Source: Candidatus Omnitrophota bacterium (GTDB lineage Bacteria > Omnitrophota > Gorgyraeia > JABMRN01 > RBG-13-46-9). Taken from it: a stretch of 64,000 nt of DNA. A program made the translations under genes and the position numbers. The stretch covers positions 32,001 to 96,000 of the forward strand of contig JABMQJ010000020.1 in NCBI GenBank assembly GCA_013203315.1, written 5' to 3'. Positions within the stretch are counted from its first letter, which is position 1. The number at the start of each line of letters is the position of its first letter. The notes below the pieces were generated by a model. It was given only the letters and a program-made list of their open reading frames with translations, searched no databases and was not told the origin of the DNA. Positions 56,904 to 64,000 of the stretch are shown here, in pieces.

Positions 56904-58783
56904 GTTTTTTTCTCAAAGAATTCATTTTTTATCGTTTCGCAAATCTCATCCGCTGTAAGATGATATTCTTTTAGCAATTCTTCTCTTTTCCCGTGCGCGA
57001 TAAACTGATCCGGAAGGCCGAGTCTCTCTATTTTTACATTTTCTATGTTTTCTCTCTCGAAAAACTCAAGGACCACACTGCCAAAACCTCCCGTTGCGAC
57101 GCCCTCCTCAAGTGTTACTACTTTTTTTATCTCTTTTGTCAGGTTTTCGATTATTTCTTTATCCAGCGGTTTTACAAACCTTGCGTTTACAACCGTAGCC
57201 TCTATTCCATCGGCAGATAAAAGATCTGCTGCTTTTACCGCAACTGAAACCATGCTGCCTATAGCAAAAATCGCTATGTCGCGCCCTTTTCTTAAGGTTT
57301 GTGATTTGCCTAATTCAATTTTTTCAAAACTTGACCCGGAAAGGTGCGACTGGGCGCTCCCTTTTGGATACCTGATCGCTACGGGTGAGTCTAAATTAAC
57401 AGCGAACTCAAGCATTGCTCCTAGCTCAAGACCGTCCCTCGGCGCCATGACCACAAGGTTCGGAATGTGGCGCAGGTATGCGATATCAAACACGCCATGA
57501 TGTGTCGGGCCGTCTTCTCCTGCCAACCCTGCCCGGTCAAGACAAAACACAACGGGTAAATTCTGCAGGCTCACGTCATGTATTATCTGATCGTAACCCC
57601 TCTGCAAAAATGTGGAATAAATGGCTACGATCGGTCTCAAGCCCTGATGCGCTAACCCGGCACTGAAAGCAACCGCGTGTTCTTCCGCTATGCCCACATC
57701 AAAGAATCTATTGGGGAATTCCCTGGAAAATTTTGCAAGCCCTGTTCCGTCCGGCATGGCGGCTGTTATCGCCACTATTCTTTTATCTTTCCTGGCAAGT
57801 TCTACTATTCTATCGGAAAATATCTCTGTAAAACTTTTCGGTCCCTCTTTAGCTAAGGCCTTGCCCGACTTGGCGTCGAAAGGTGGCGTACCATGAAAAA
57901 GACTGGGTTTTTCTTCGGAGAATTTGTAGCCCTTACCCTTTTTGGTAACTACGTGCACAACTATGGGCTCCCGCAAAGACGCAATATTGCGAAACATCGT
58001 GATTAATTCGTTTATGTCGTGGCCATTTATGGGGCCGAAATACCTGAAACCTAATCCCTCAAAAAACATTCCCGGAATCAGCAAATTCTTTAACGATTCT
58101 TCCAGCTTTCTCGCGGCCCTGAAAGTCTTAAAACCGAATATTGGAATCCGCTTAACCAGAATTTGCATCTGGCGCCGCACTTTGTTATAGACTGGGTTTG
58201 CTAAAATCCTGTTTAAATGCCTGCTTAAAGCGCCCACGCTCCTTGAGATAGAAAGTTCGTTGTCGTTTAAGATAACTATGATATCCTTTTTCATATGCCC
58301 GGCGTGATTAAGCCCTTCCAGCGCCATACCGTTAGCCAGAGACGCGTCTCCTATAACTGCGATCGCCTTCCACGTTTCGTTTTTCAGGTCTCTGGCGCAG
58401 GCAAGGCCGAGCGCCGTAGATATGGAGGTTGAGCTGTGCCCGCAAGTAAATGTATCGTATTTACTCTCCGTGCGGGAAGGAAAACCGCTTATGCCGCCCA
58501 GCTGCCTTAGCGTATCGAAAGCCTTAGCCCTTCCTGTCAGTATCTTGTGGGGATAGGCTTGGTGTCCTACGTCCCAGATGATTTTGTCTTTTGGCATATT
58601 GAAACAATAATGCAGGGAAATAGCAAGTTCCACCGCCCCAAGGCTTGACGCGAGGTGGCCGCCTCTTTTAGAGACAACATCGATGATTTTTTCTCGTATC
58701 TCGCCGGCTAAAAGCGGTAAATCTTTGATCGGTACTTCTTTTAGGTCATCCGGTGAATTGATTTTGTTGATCAGATTTCCCAT
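56891..58783 (-). CDS. dxs: 1-deoxy-D-xylulose-5-phosphate synthase
   Basis: GGHLASSLG, WDVGHQAY, GIAEEHAV, YSTFLQR, DGPTHHG. Confidence 0.96.
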   Translation of the reverse strand: MGNLINKINSPDDLKEVPIKDLPLLAGEIREKIIDVVSKRGGHLASSLGAVELAISLHYCFNMPKDKIIWDVGHQAYPHKILTGRAKAFDTLRQLGGISGFPSRTESKYDTFTCGHSSTSISTALGLACARDLKNETWKAIAVIGDASLANGMALEGLNHAGHMKKDIIVILNDNELSISRSVGALSRHLNRILANPVYNKVRRQMQILVKRIPIFGFKTFRAARKLEESLKNLLIPGMFFEGLGFRYFGPINGHDINELITMFRNIASLREPIVVHVVTKKGKGYKFSEEKPSLFHGTPPFDAKSGKALAKEGPKSFTEIFSDRIVELARKDKRIVAITAAMPDGTGLAKFSREFPNRFFDVGIAEEHAVAFSAGLAHQGLRPIVAIYSTFLQRGYDQIIHDVSLQNLPVVFCLDRAGLAGEDGPTHHGVFDIAYLRHIPNLVVMAPRDGLELGAMLEFAVNLDSPVAIRYPKGSAQSHLSGSSFEKIELGKSQTLRKGRDIAIFAIGSMVSVAVKAADLLSADGIEATVVNARFVKPLDKEIIENLTKEIKKVVTLEEGVATGGFGSVVLEFFERENIENVKIERLGLPDQFIAHGKREELLKEYHLTADEICETIKNEFFEKKTWQK

Positions 58784-59631
58784 ATTTTTTCCAATACTCT
58801 ATCTGCCATGTAGCTCAATGTAGCTGCCTTTTTCCCGAAAGGCGCGATATGACCTTTTGCTTTTGAAATAAAAAATTCCGTTTTCTTTTTCATTTTACCC
58901 AGCGCGTGGGAATTGTGTTGTAAATCTACGATGTCATCGGCAACCTGAAAAGCGAGCCCTAAACTTATACCGAATTCGTGTATTTTTTTCGTGTCTTTTG
59001 TTTTAGCCCCGGCTGCCAACGCCCCCACCTTACACGCGCATCCCATGAGCGCTGCTGTTTTCATGTTGTCAATTTTGGTTTTGAGCTTTTTATTTTTCTT
59101 GGGCCCGTTTTCATATTCCAAATCGAGCGCCTGGCCCCCTACCATGTTTCCTGCGCCTATGGCTTCTGAAACGAAAGAAGCTACTTTGAGGGCGCAATTT
59201 TCTTTTGATTCCGAGATTATCCCGAAAGCAAGGTTGAGAAGCGCATCCCCCGTTAGTATCGCCATGGCCTCTCCGAATCTTTTGTGGCACGTAGGCTTTC
59301 CTCTTCTGAAATCGTCGTTATCCATGGCCGGCAGGTCATCATGAACAAGAGAGAAATTATGTATCAGCTCTATGGCGCAGGCAAACGGCAGGGCTTTTTT
59401 TAAATTGCCGCCTAAAGCCTTGCAGCTTTCTACCGTCAATACCGGCCTTAGTCTTTTACCGCCTGTAAAAACGGAATACTCCATGGCCTTTTTTAAAATA
59501 CGCGGTCCTTTGAGCGCGCTCAAATATTTTTTTAAGGCGTGATCTATGAGCGCTTTATCGCGCTTATAGCCTTCTTTATTCTTTTTGCCCCTCGGCTTCA
59601 CCCGGAACTCCCTTCGATCACTTTTTCGCAA
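58771..59631 (-). CDS. ispA: Polyprenyl (farnesyl) diphosphate synthase; exact start uncertain
   Basis: GGKRLRP, HDDLPAMDNDDFRRG, GQALD, KT, FQVADD; xseB-ispA-dxs synteny. Confidence 0.9.
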   Translation of the reverse strand: MRKSDRREFRVKPRGKKNKEGYKRDKALIDHALKKYLSALKGPRILKKAMEYSVFTGGKRLRPVLTVESCKALGGNLKKALPFACAIELIHNFSLVHDDLPAMDNDDFRRGKPTCHKRFGEAMAILTGDALLNLAFGIISESKENCALKVASFVSEAIGAGNMVGGQALDLEYENGPKKNKKLKTKIDNMKTAALMGCACKVGALAAGAKTKDTKKIHEFGISLGLAFQVADDIVDLQHNSHALGKMKKKTEFFISKAKGHIAPFGKKAATLSYMADRVLEKIWEI

Positions 59632-59854
59632 TTTCTTCTCCGAACGGTTCTGTTTTAATTTTTCCGTTTTTTGTTTTGACTAAGATCTCGATTTTTTTCT
59701 TGGCTTGTTCAAGCTTTTTCCTGCAAGTCACCAGAAGCCCGACACCTTCTTCGTATTTCGCCAGGGACTTATCGAGCGAGAGCTCTCCGCCTTCGAGTTC
59801 TTCGACAATATCTTCTAGTTTTTTAAGTGCTTCTTCAAATTTTATTTCTGCCAT
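59618..59854 (-). CDS. xseB: Exodeoxyribonuclease VII small subunit
   Basis: FEEALKKLEDIVEELE...LSLDKSLAKYEEG. Confidence 0.95.
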   Translation of the reverse strand: MAEIKFEEALKKLEDIVEELEGGELSLDKSLAKYEEGVGLLVTCRKKLEQAKKKIEILVKTKNGKIKTEPFGEEIAKK

Positions 59855-59867
59855 GGTTCCCCCACTA

Positions 59868-61088
59868 TTACTTCTTAAGGTTTTTTATTTCCTCTACCAT
59901 GCTAATTATTTCTCCCTTTGCGAATTTTGTTCTAATATAATCGTTCTTTTTCAAATTTTCCGCGTTTTTTATAACTTTTCCGTTTTTTTCGCTTTTCGTA
60001 ATGCTGTAACCGCGGCCCAAGATTCCAAGCGGGCTTAGGGCTTCGAGTTTTGCGGCAAACGTATTTAAAGCCTCTTCTTTAAATTTTACAAGCACTGCAC
60101 TTTTTGAAGTAAGTTCCCGGGCAAGGTCATCGATTTCCTGCTCGCGCTGGGTAACGATATTAAAAGGCTCTCTGAACACGTATCTTTTTTTAAGTGCTTC
60201 TAGGCTTTCTTTCATAAAATTTATTTTGGATAAGAGCACATTTCCCATTCTTTCCGAAAACCCGTCTAACGCGCTGATGAGATCTTCTTTTTTGGGGATA
60301 ACAAGTTCGGCTGCCGCCGAAGGTGTGGGCGCTCTAAAGTCACTTACAAAATCGCTTATGGTATAATCAACCTGGTGGCCTACGGCGCTTATGACAGGGA
60401 TTCTCGAGCGGGAAATAGCCCTTGCGACTATCTCTTCGTTAAAAGGCCATAAATCTTCCGTGCTTCCGCCGCCACGGCTGAGTATTATAAGGTCTACATT
60501 ACCTAATACATTAAATAAATCGAGGGCCCGGACAATTTCTTCCTTTGCCATTTCGCCCTGGACCCTTGTAGGATTTACAATAATTTCTATATTGGAAAAT
60601 CTTCTCTTTGCAACGTTAAGTATGTCTTTTATAGCTGCCCCTGTCGGTGATGTCACGACGCCTACGCGTTGCGGCAGTGCCGGGATAGGCTTTTTGCGGC
60701 TTTCATCGAAGAGCCCTTCTTTCCTCAGCTTTTCTTTTAGCTGTTCAAACGCGATTTGAAGGGCACCTGCCCCTCGTGGCTCGATTTTTTCTACGATAAG
60801 CTGATATTGGCCCCTCTTGTCATAAACACTAATTTTACCGAAACATAAAACATGCATGCCGTTTTCTATTTTGAATCTCAAGCCATAATTTACCCTTCTG
60901 AATAAAACCGAGGAGAGAACGCTATCTTCGTCTCTTACGCTAAAATACATATGGCCCGATTGGTGGCTGGTAAAATTAGATACCTCGCCTTCGACCCACA
61001 CGGTACCGAGGCTATCTTCGAGAATCATGCGAATATTGCGCGTAAGTTCGCTTACCGTATATATTCTTTTTTCTTCTGCGGTTTTCAT
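59868..61088 (-). CDS. xseA: Exodeoxyribonuclease VII large subunit
   Basis: WVEGEVSN, SGHMYF, TSPTGAA, RGGGS, SAVGH, PTPSAAAE. Start set at ATG 61088. Confidence 0.95.
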   Translation of the reverse strand: MKTAEEKRIYTVSELTRNIRMILEDSLGTVWVEGEVSNFTSHQSGHMYFSVRDEDSVLSSVLFRRVNYGLRFKIENGMHVLCFGKISVYDKRGQYQLIVEKIEPRGAGALQIAFEQLKEKLRKEGLFDESRKKPIPALPQRVGVVTSPTGAAIKDILNVAKRRFSNIEIIVNPTRVQGEMAKEEIVRALDLFNVLGNVDLIILSRGGGSTEDLWPFNEEIVARAISRSRIPVISAVGHQVDYTISDFVSDFRAPTPSAAAELVIPKKEDLISALDGFSERMGNVLLSKINFMKESLEALKKRYVFREPFNIVTQREQEIDDLARELTSKSAVLVKFKEEALNTFAAKLEALSPLGILGRGYSITKSEKNGKVIKNAENLKKNDYIRTKFAKGEIISMVEEIKNLKK

Positions 61089-61089
61089 T

Positions 61090-61872
61090 TTAAGAATATT
61101 TTTTTTGGATTCTTTCAATAGAATTCGCTTTTCCTTGCTTTTCGTCAAAGTCTATGATCACACCGTTTAGCCATATGTCGTCTTCCGCCATTTCGAACCT
61201 GGTAGGCCTCTGCGTAACGAATCTCGAAAGAATCTGTTCTTTTTTTCTGCCTATTACGGAATCGAAGGGGCCGGTCATGCCGGCATCTGTTATATAGGCT
61301 GTGCCTTTCGGGAGAATTTTTTCGTCAGCTGTCTGGACATGCGTATGCGTGCCCATGATACCCGTAACAAGCCCGTCCAAATACCAGCCTAATGCTATTT
61401 TTTCGCTTGTAGCTTCTGCATGTATATCAACGAAAATGTTCGGAGTGATTTTCTTTATTTTAACGACTTCTTCACGCGAAGCCCTGAAAGGGCATTCCAC
61501 TGCCTGCATAAAAACGCGTCCGAGTAGATTTATAACGCCGATTTTTACGCCTGAGGATAATTCTATGATAGTGGAGCCTGACCCCGGATTTTCTTTAGGG
61601 TAATTAAGGGGCCTTAAAACGCCTTCTCCGCCATCGAGAATCTCTATTACCTCTTTTCTCTTCCAGATGTGGTCACCGCTTGTAAGAACGTGTATTCCGC
61701 AATTTTTAAGCTCTTCTGCTATAGAAGGCGTTATGCCGCTTCCGCCGGCGGCATTTTCCGCATTTGCAATAACGCATTCTATCGTATATTTTTTGACAAG
61801 TTGCGGCACAAGCTTTTTTATAGCTTTTCTGCCGGGCTCACCTACTATATCGCCGATAAATAAAAGTTTCAT
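61090..61872 (-). CDS. ymdB: YmdB-like metallophosphoesterase
   Basis: FIGDIVG, NAENAAGG, DIHAEATSEK, GTHTHVQT; adjacent to rny. Confidence 0.93.
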   Translation of the reverse strand: MKLLFIGDIVGEPGRKAIKKLVPQLVKKYTIECVIANAENAAGGSGITPSIAEELKNCGIHVLTSGDHIWKRKEVIEILDGGEGVLRPLNYPKENPGSGSTIIELSSGVKIGVINLLGRVFMQAVECPFRASREEVVKIKKITPNIFVDIHAEATSEKIALGWYLDGLVTGIMGTHTHVQTADEKILPKGTAYITDAGMTGPFDSVIGRKKEQILSRFVTQRPTRFEMAEDDIWLNGVIIDFDEKQGKANSIERIQKKYS

Positions 61873-61884
61873 CTGTTATCTCGC

Positions 61885-63453
61885 TTACTTTGCATATTCG
61901 ATTGCCCGCGTTTCACGTATTACCATTACCTTAATCTGGCCGGGGTATTCTAAGCCTTCCTCGATTTTCTTTTTGATATCCCTTGCCAAAACCGAGGCGT
62001 GAGCGTCGTCAAGCATTTCAGGCTTCACCATGATGCGTATTTCTCTTCCGGCCTGAATAGCAAATGCTTTTTCAACGCCTTTGAAGGAATCCGCGATAGC
62101 TTCCAGCTTTTCCAGGCGCTTTATATATGTTTCTAGAGTTTCTCTTCTGGCGCCCGGCCTTGTGGCGCTTATCCCGTCTGCAGCCTGAACGAGCACAGCC
62201 AAAAGCGTCCTTGCTTCTATGTCCTGGTGATGAGCCTCTACAGCATGGATAACAACTTCGGGTTCGTTATATTTCCTTGTGATATCGGCGCCTATTTTGG
62301 AGTGTGCGCCTTCTACTTCGTGGCTTACGGCCTTTCCAATATCATGCAACAAACCTATGCGTTTTGCAAGGGTAAAATCGAGTTTAAGTTCGCCGGCCAT
62401 AACGCCCATGATATACGCAACTTCTTTTGAGTGCTGCAGTACATTCTGGCCGTAACTTGTTCTAAATCTTAGCCTTCCGAGAAGCTTAATAATTTCCGGG
62501 TGCAGGCCGTGAAGCCCTACGTCAAAGACTGCTTTTTCCCCTTCTTCGCGTATTGTAGCTTCCATTTCTTTTTTTACTTTTTCGACTACTTCTTCGATAC
62601 GGGCAGGATGTATTCTTCCGTCTCCTATGAGCCTCTCCAGGGAAATTCTTGCGATCTCCCTTCTTACCATATCAAACCCTGAAAGAATTACCGCTTCCGG
62701 GGTATCGTCGATAATAACATCTATTCCCGTTGCCATTTCCAGAGCACGGATATTCCTGCCTTCTCTTCCTATGATCCTGCCTTTCATGTCATCACTAGGT
62801 AGATTAACAACGCTTATTGTCGTTTCGACCGTATGATCCGTAGCGCATTTCTGGATCGCAAGGCCTATGATCTTGCGCGCTTCTTTATCGGCCTTTTCCT
62901 TGGCCTCTTCTTCCATGCGCTTAAGCATGTAGGCTGATTCCTGCTTAACATCGTTTTCAAGCCGCTTTAGTAGTATGCGCTTGGCTTCGTCAACCGTCAT
63001 GCCGGAAACCCTCTGCAACCTTTCTTTCTCTTCCTGGAGTAGCTGCGCTAATTCGTCGTTTTTCTTTTGTATGTCCTTTTCTTTGCCGTGTACTTGTTGG
63101 ATTCTCGAGCTTATTTCTCTCTCTTTTTTATCGAGAACATCTATTCTCCTGTCCAAATTTTCCTCTCTTTGAAGCAGCCTTCTCTCAAGCTGCATAAGCT
63201 CTCTTCGTCTTTCTTTTGATTCTTTCTCGAAATCGGACCTTGTTTTCAGCAAAAGGTCTTTTGCTTCAAGCTGTGCCTCTCTTTTTCTGGACTCGGCTTC
63301 TTTCTTGGATTCCTCTACGATTATTTTTGATTTTTCTTCCGCGCGTTTTATCTTTATGCGTGCGGTGTATTTTCTTACGACATACCCGATAAGAAAAAAG
63401 AAAAGGGCGCCCAAGATTCCGAACCCGATATAGATAAGCGTCATATTTCCCAT
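61885..63453 (-). CDS. rny: Ribonuclease Y
   Basis: N-terminal TM and coiled coil, KH domain ([13 protein letters not shown]), HD domain (LLHDIGK). Confidence 0.96.
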   Translation of the reverse strand: MGNMTLIYIGFGILGALFFFLIGYVVRKYTARIKIKRAEEKSKIIVEESKKEAESRKREAQLEAKDLLLKTRSDFEKESKERRRELMQLERRLLQREENLDRRIDVLDKKEREISSRIQQVHGKEKDIQKKNDELAQLLQEEKERLQRVSGMTVDEAKRILLKRLENDVKQESAYMLKRMEEEAKEKADKEARKIIGLAIQKCATDHTVETTISVVNLPSDDMKGRIIGREGRNIRALEMATGIDVIIDDTPEAVILSGFDMVRREIARISLERLIGDGRIHPARIEEVVEKVKKEMEATIREEGEKAVFDVGLHGLHPEIIKLLGRLRFRTSYGQNVLQHSKEVAYIMGVMAGELKLDFTLAKRIGLLHDIGKAVSHEVEGAHSKIGADITRKYNEPEVVIHAVEAHHQDIEARTLLAVLVQAADGISATRPGARRETLETYIKRLEKLEAIADSFKGVEKAFAIQAGREIRIMVKPEMLDDAHASVLARDIKKKIEEGLEYPGQIKVMVIRETRAIEYAK

Positions 63454-63514
63454 GTGAGTTACCTCCTCGTTATTAGAAAATCAAAGATTACGCGTACTTT
63501 TTGATGTTTTAAGA

Positions 63515-64000
63515 TTAGTTGGTGATGATTTTTGAGACGGGAATGTCGTGCGAGTTTTTCGGTAGGCTTTCTACTATCTGAAAATCAAAGGCTAAACCGA
63601 TGCTCAACCTGTCCTTGGGTAGTTTCTTCAAAAACCTGTCGTAGTAACCCTTGCCCCTGCCGAGGCGCCTATTCTTTTTATCAAACGCTACCCCCGGGAC
63701 AATGATTAAGTCTAAATTTTCCGGTTGAACATCCTTTTGGCATTTTCGCGGTTCATATATTCCGTAGGTGCCTTTCTCCAGATCAGTAAGCCTATTAGTT
63801 ATTTCTTTTGGAACGATTCTTTCCGAACTCGCCGAGAGCGGCAATGCCACTCTTTTTCCCGCCCTAAGCGCCTCATCGATCATTTCCTCGGTGTTTACTT
63901 CTTTGTCAGTGGAGGCGTAGAGCATCACAAACTTTGCTTTTTTAAACTCAAGGCAAGAAAAAAGCTTTTCTTTTATTACCCTACTCTTTCCTTCTGCTTC
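63515..64000 (-). CDS. 5-formyltetrahydrofolate cyclo-ligase (5' end outside the window)
   Basis: DLIIVPGVAFD...RLGRGKGYYDRFL...HDIPV; the frame stays open to the window edge. Confidence 0.92.
   Translation of the reverse strand, partial: EAEGKSRVIKEKLFSCLEFKKAKFVMLYASTDKEVNTEEMIDEALRAGKRVALPLSASSERIVPKEITNRLTDLEKGTYGIYEPRKCQKDVQPENLDLIIVPGVAFDKKNRRLGRGKGYYDRFLKKLPKDRLSIGLAFDFQIVESLPKNSHDIPVSKIITN

Overview
A bacterial chromosomal window coded almost entirely on the minus strand. Gene content and the giant modular ORF suggest Candidatus Omnitrophota or a related lineage (inference, not a database result). (1) 1-11.7 kb: a Wza/Wzc/Wzy-like/Wzx surface-polysaccharide cluster with four radical-SAM enzymes. 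(2) 11.9-27.0 kb: a beta-mannan-type utilization locus with a sugar-binding lipoprotein, ROK regulator, GH116, two GH113, two stand-alone CBM-like paralogs, and an ABC permease pair split by a GH130-MFS-phosphomannomutase block. (3) 27.1-35.2 kb: a 2689-aa polyvalent protein with a signal peptide, a large N-terminal domain, then a chain of GNAT-like, two M50-like HExxH membrane protease, two SAM methyltransferase, PD-(D/E)xK-like and RsbW-like kinase modules joined by repeated linkers. Its leader holds tandem GGCGTTAGCC hairpin/U-tract units. (4) 35.4-46.1 kb: an operon of ROK paralog, small Cys-rich protein, TPR/Lys-rich TolC, MFP and two RND subunits. (5) 46.2-51.1 kb: a variable region with GT87, a RAYT-type HUH transposase inside composite inverted repeats, GT11, and a one-gene cassette bounded by a 47-bp tRNA-Glu duplication. 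(6) 51.1-64 kb: housekeeping genes (tRNA-Glu, tRNA-Leu, glnS, tRNA-Gln, gltX, 2-oxoacid:ferredoxin oxidoreductase, dxs, ispA, xseAB, ymdB, rny, 5-formyl-THF cyclo-ligase). The best novel-system candidate is the giant modular protein with its terminator-gated leader, set between a ROK-headed TolC/RND operon and a ROK-containing glycan locus. All domain calls are by-eye motif recognition.
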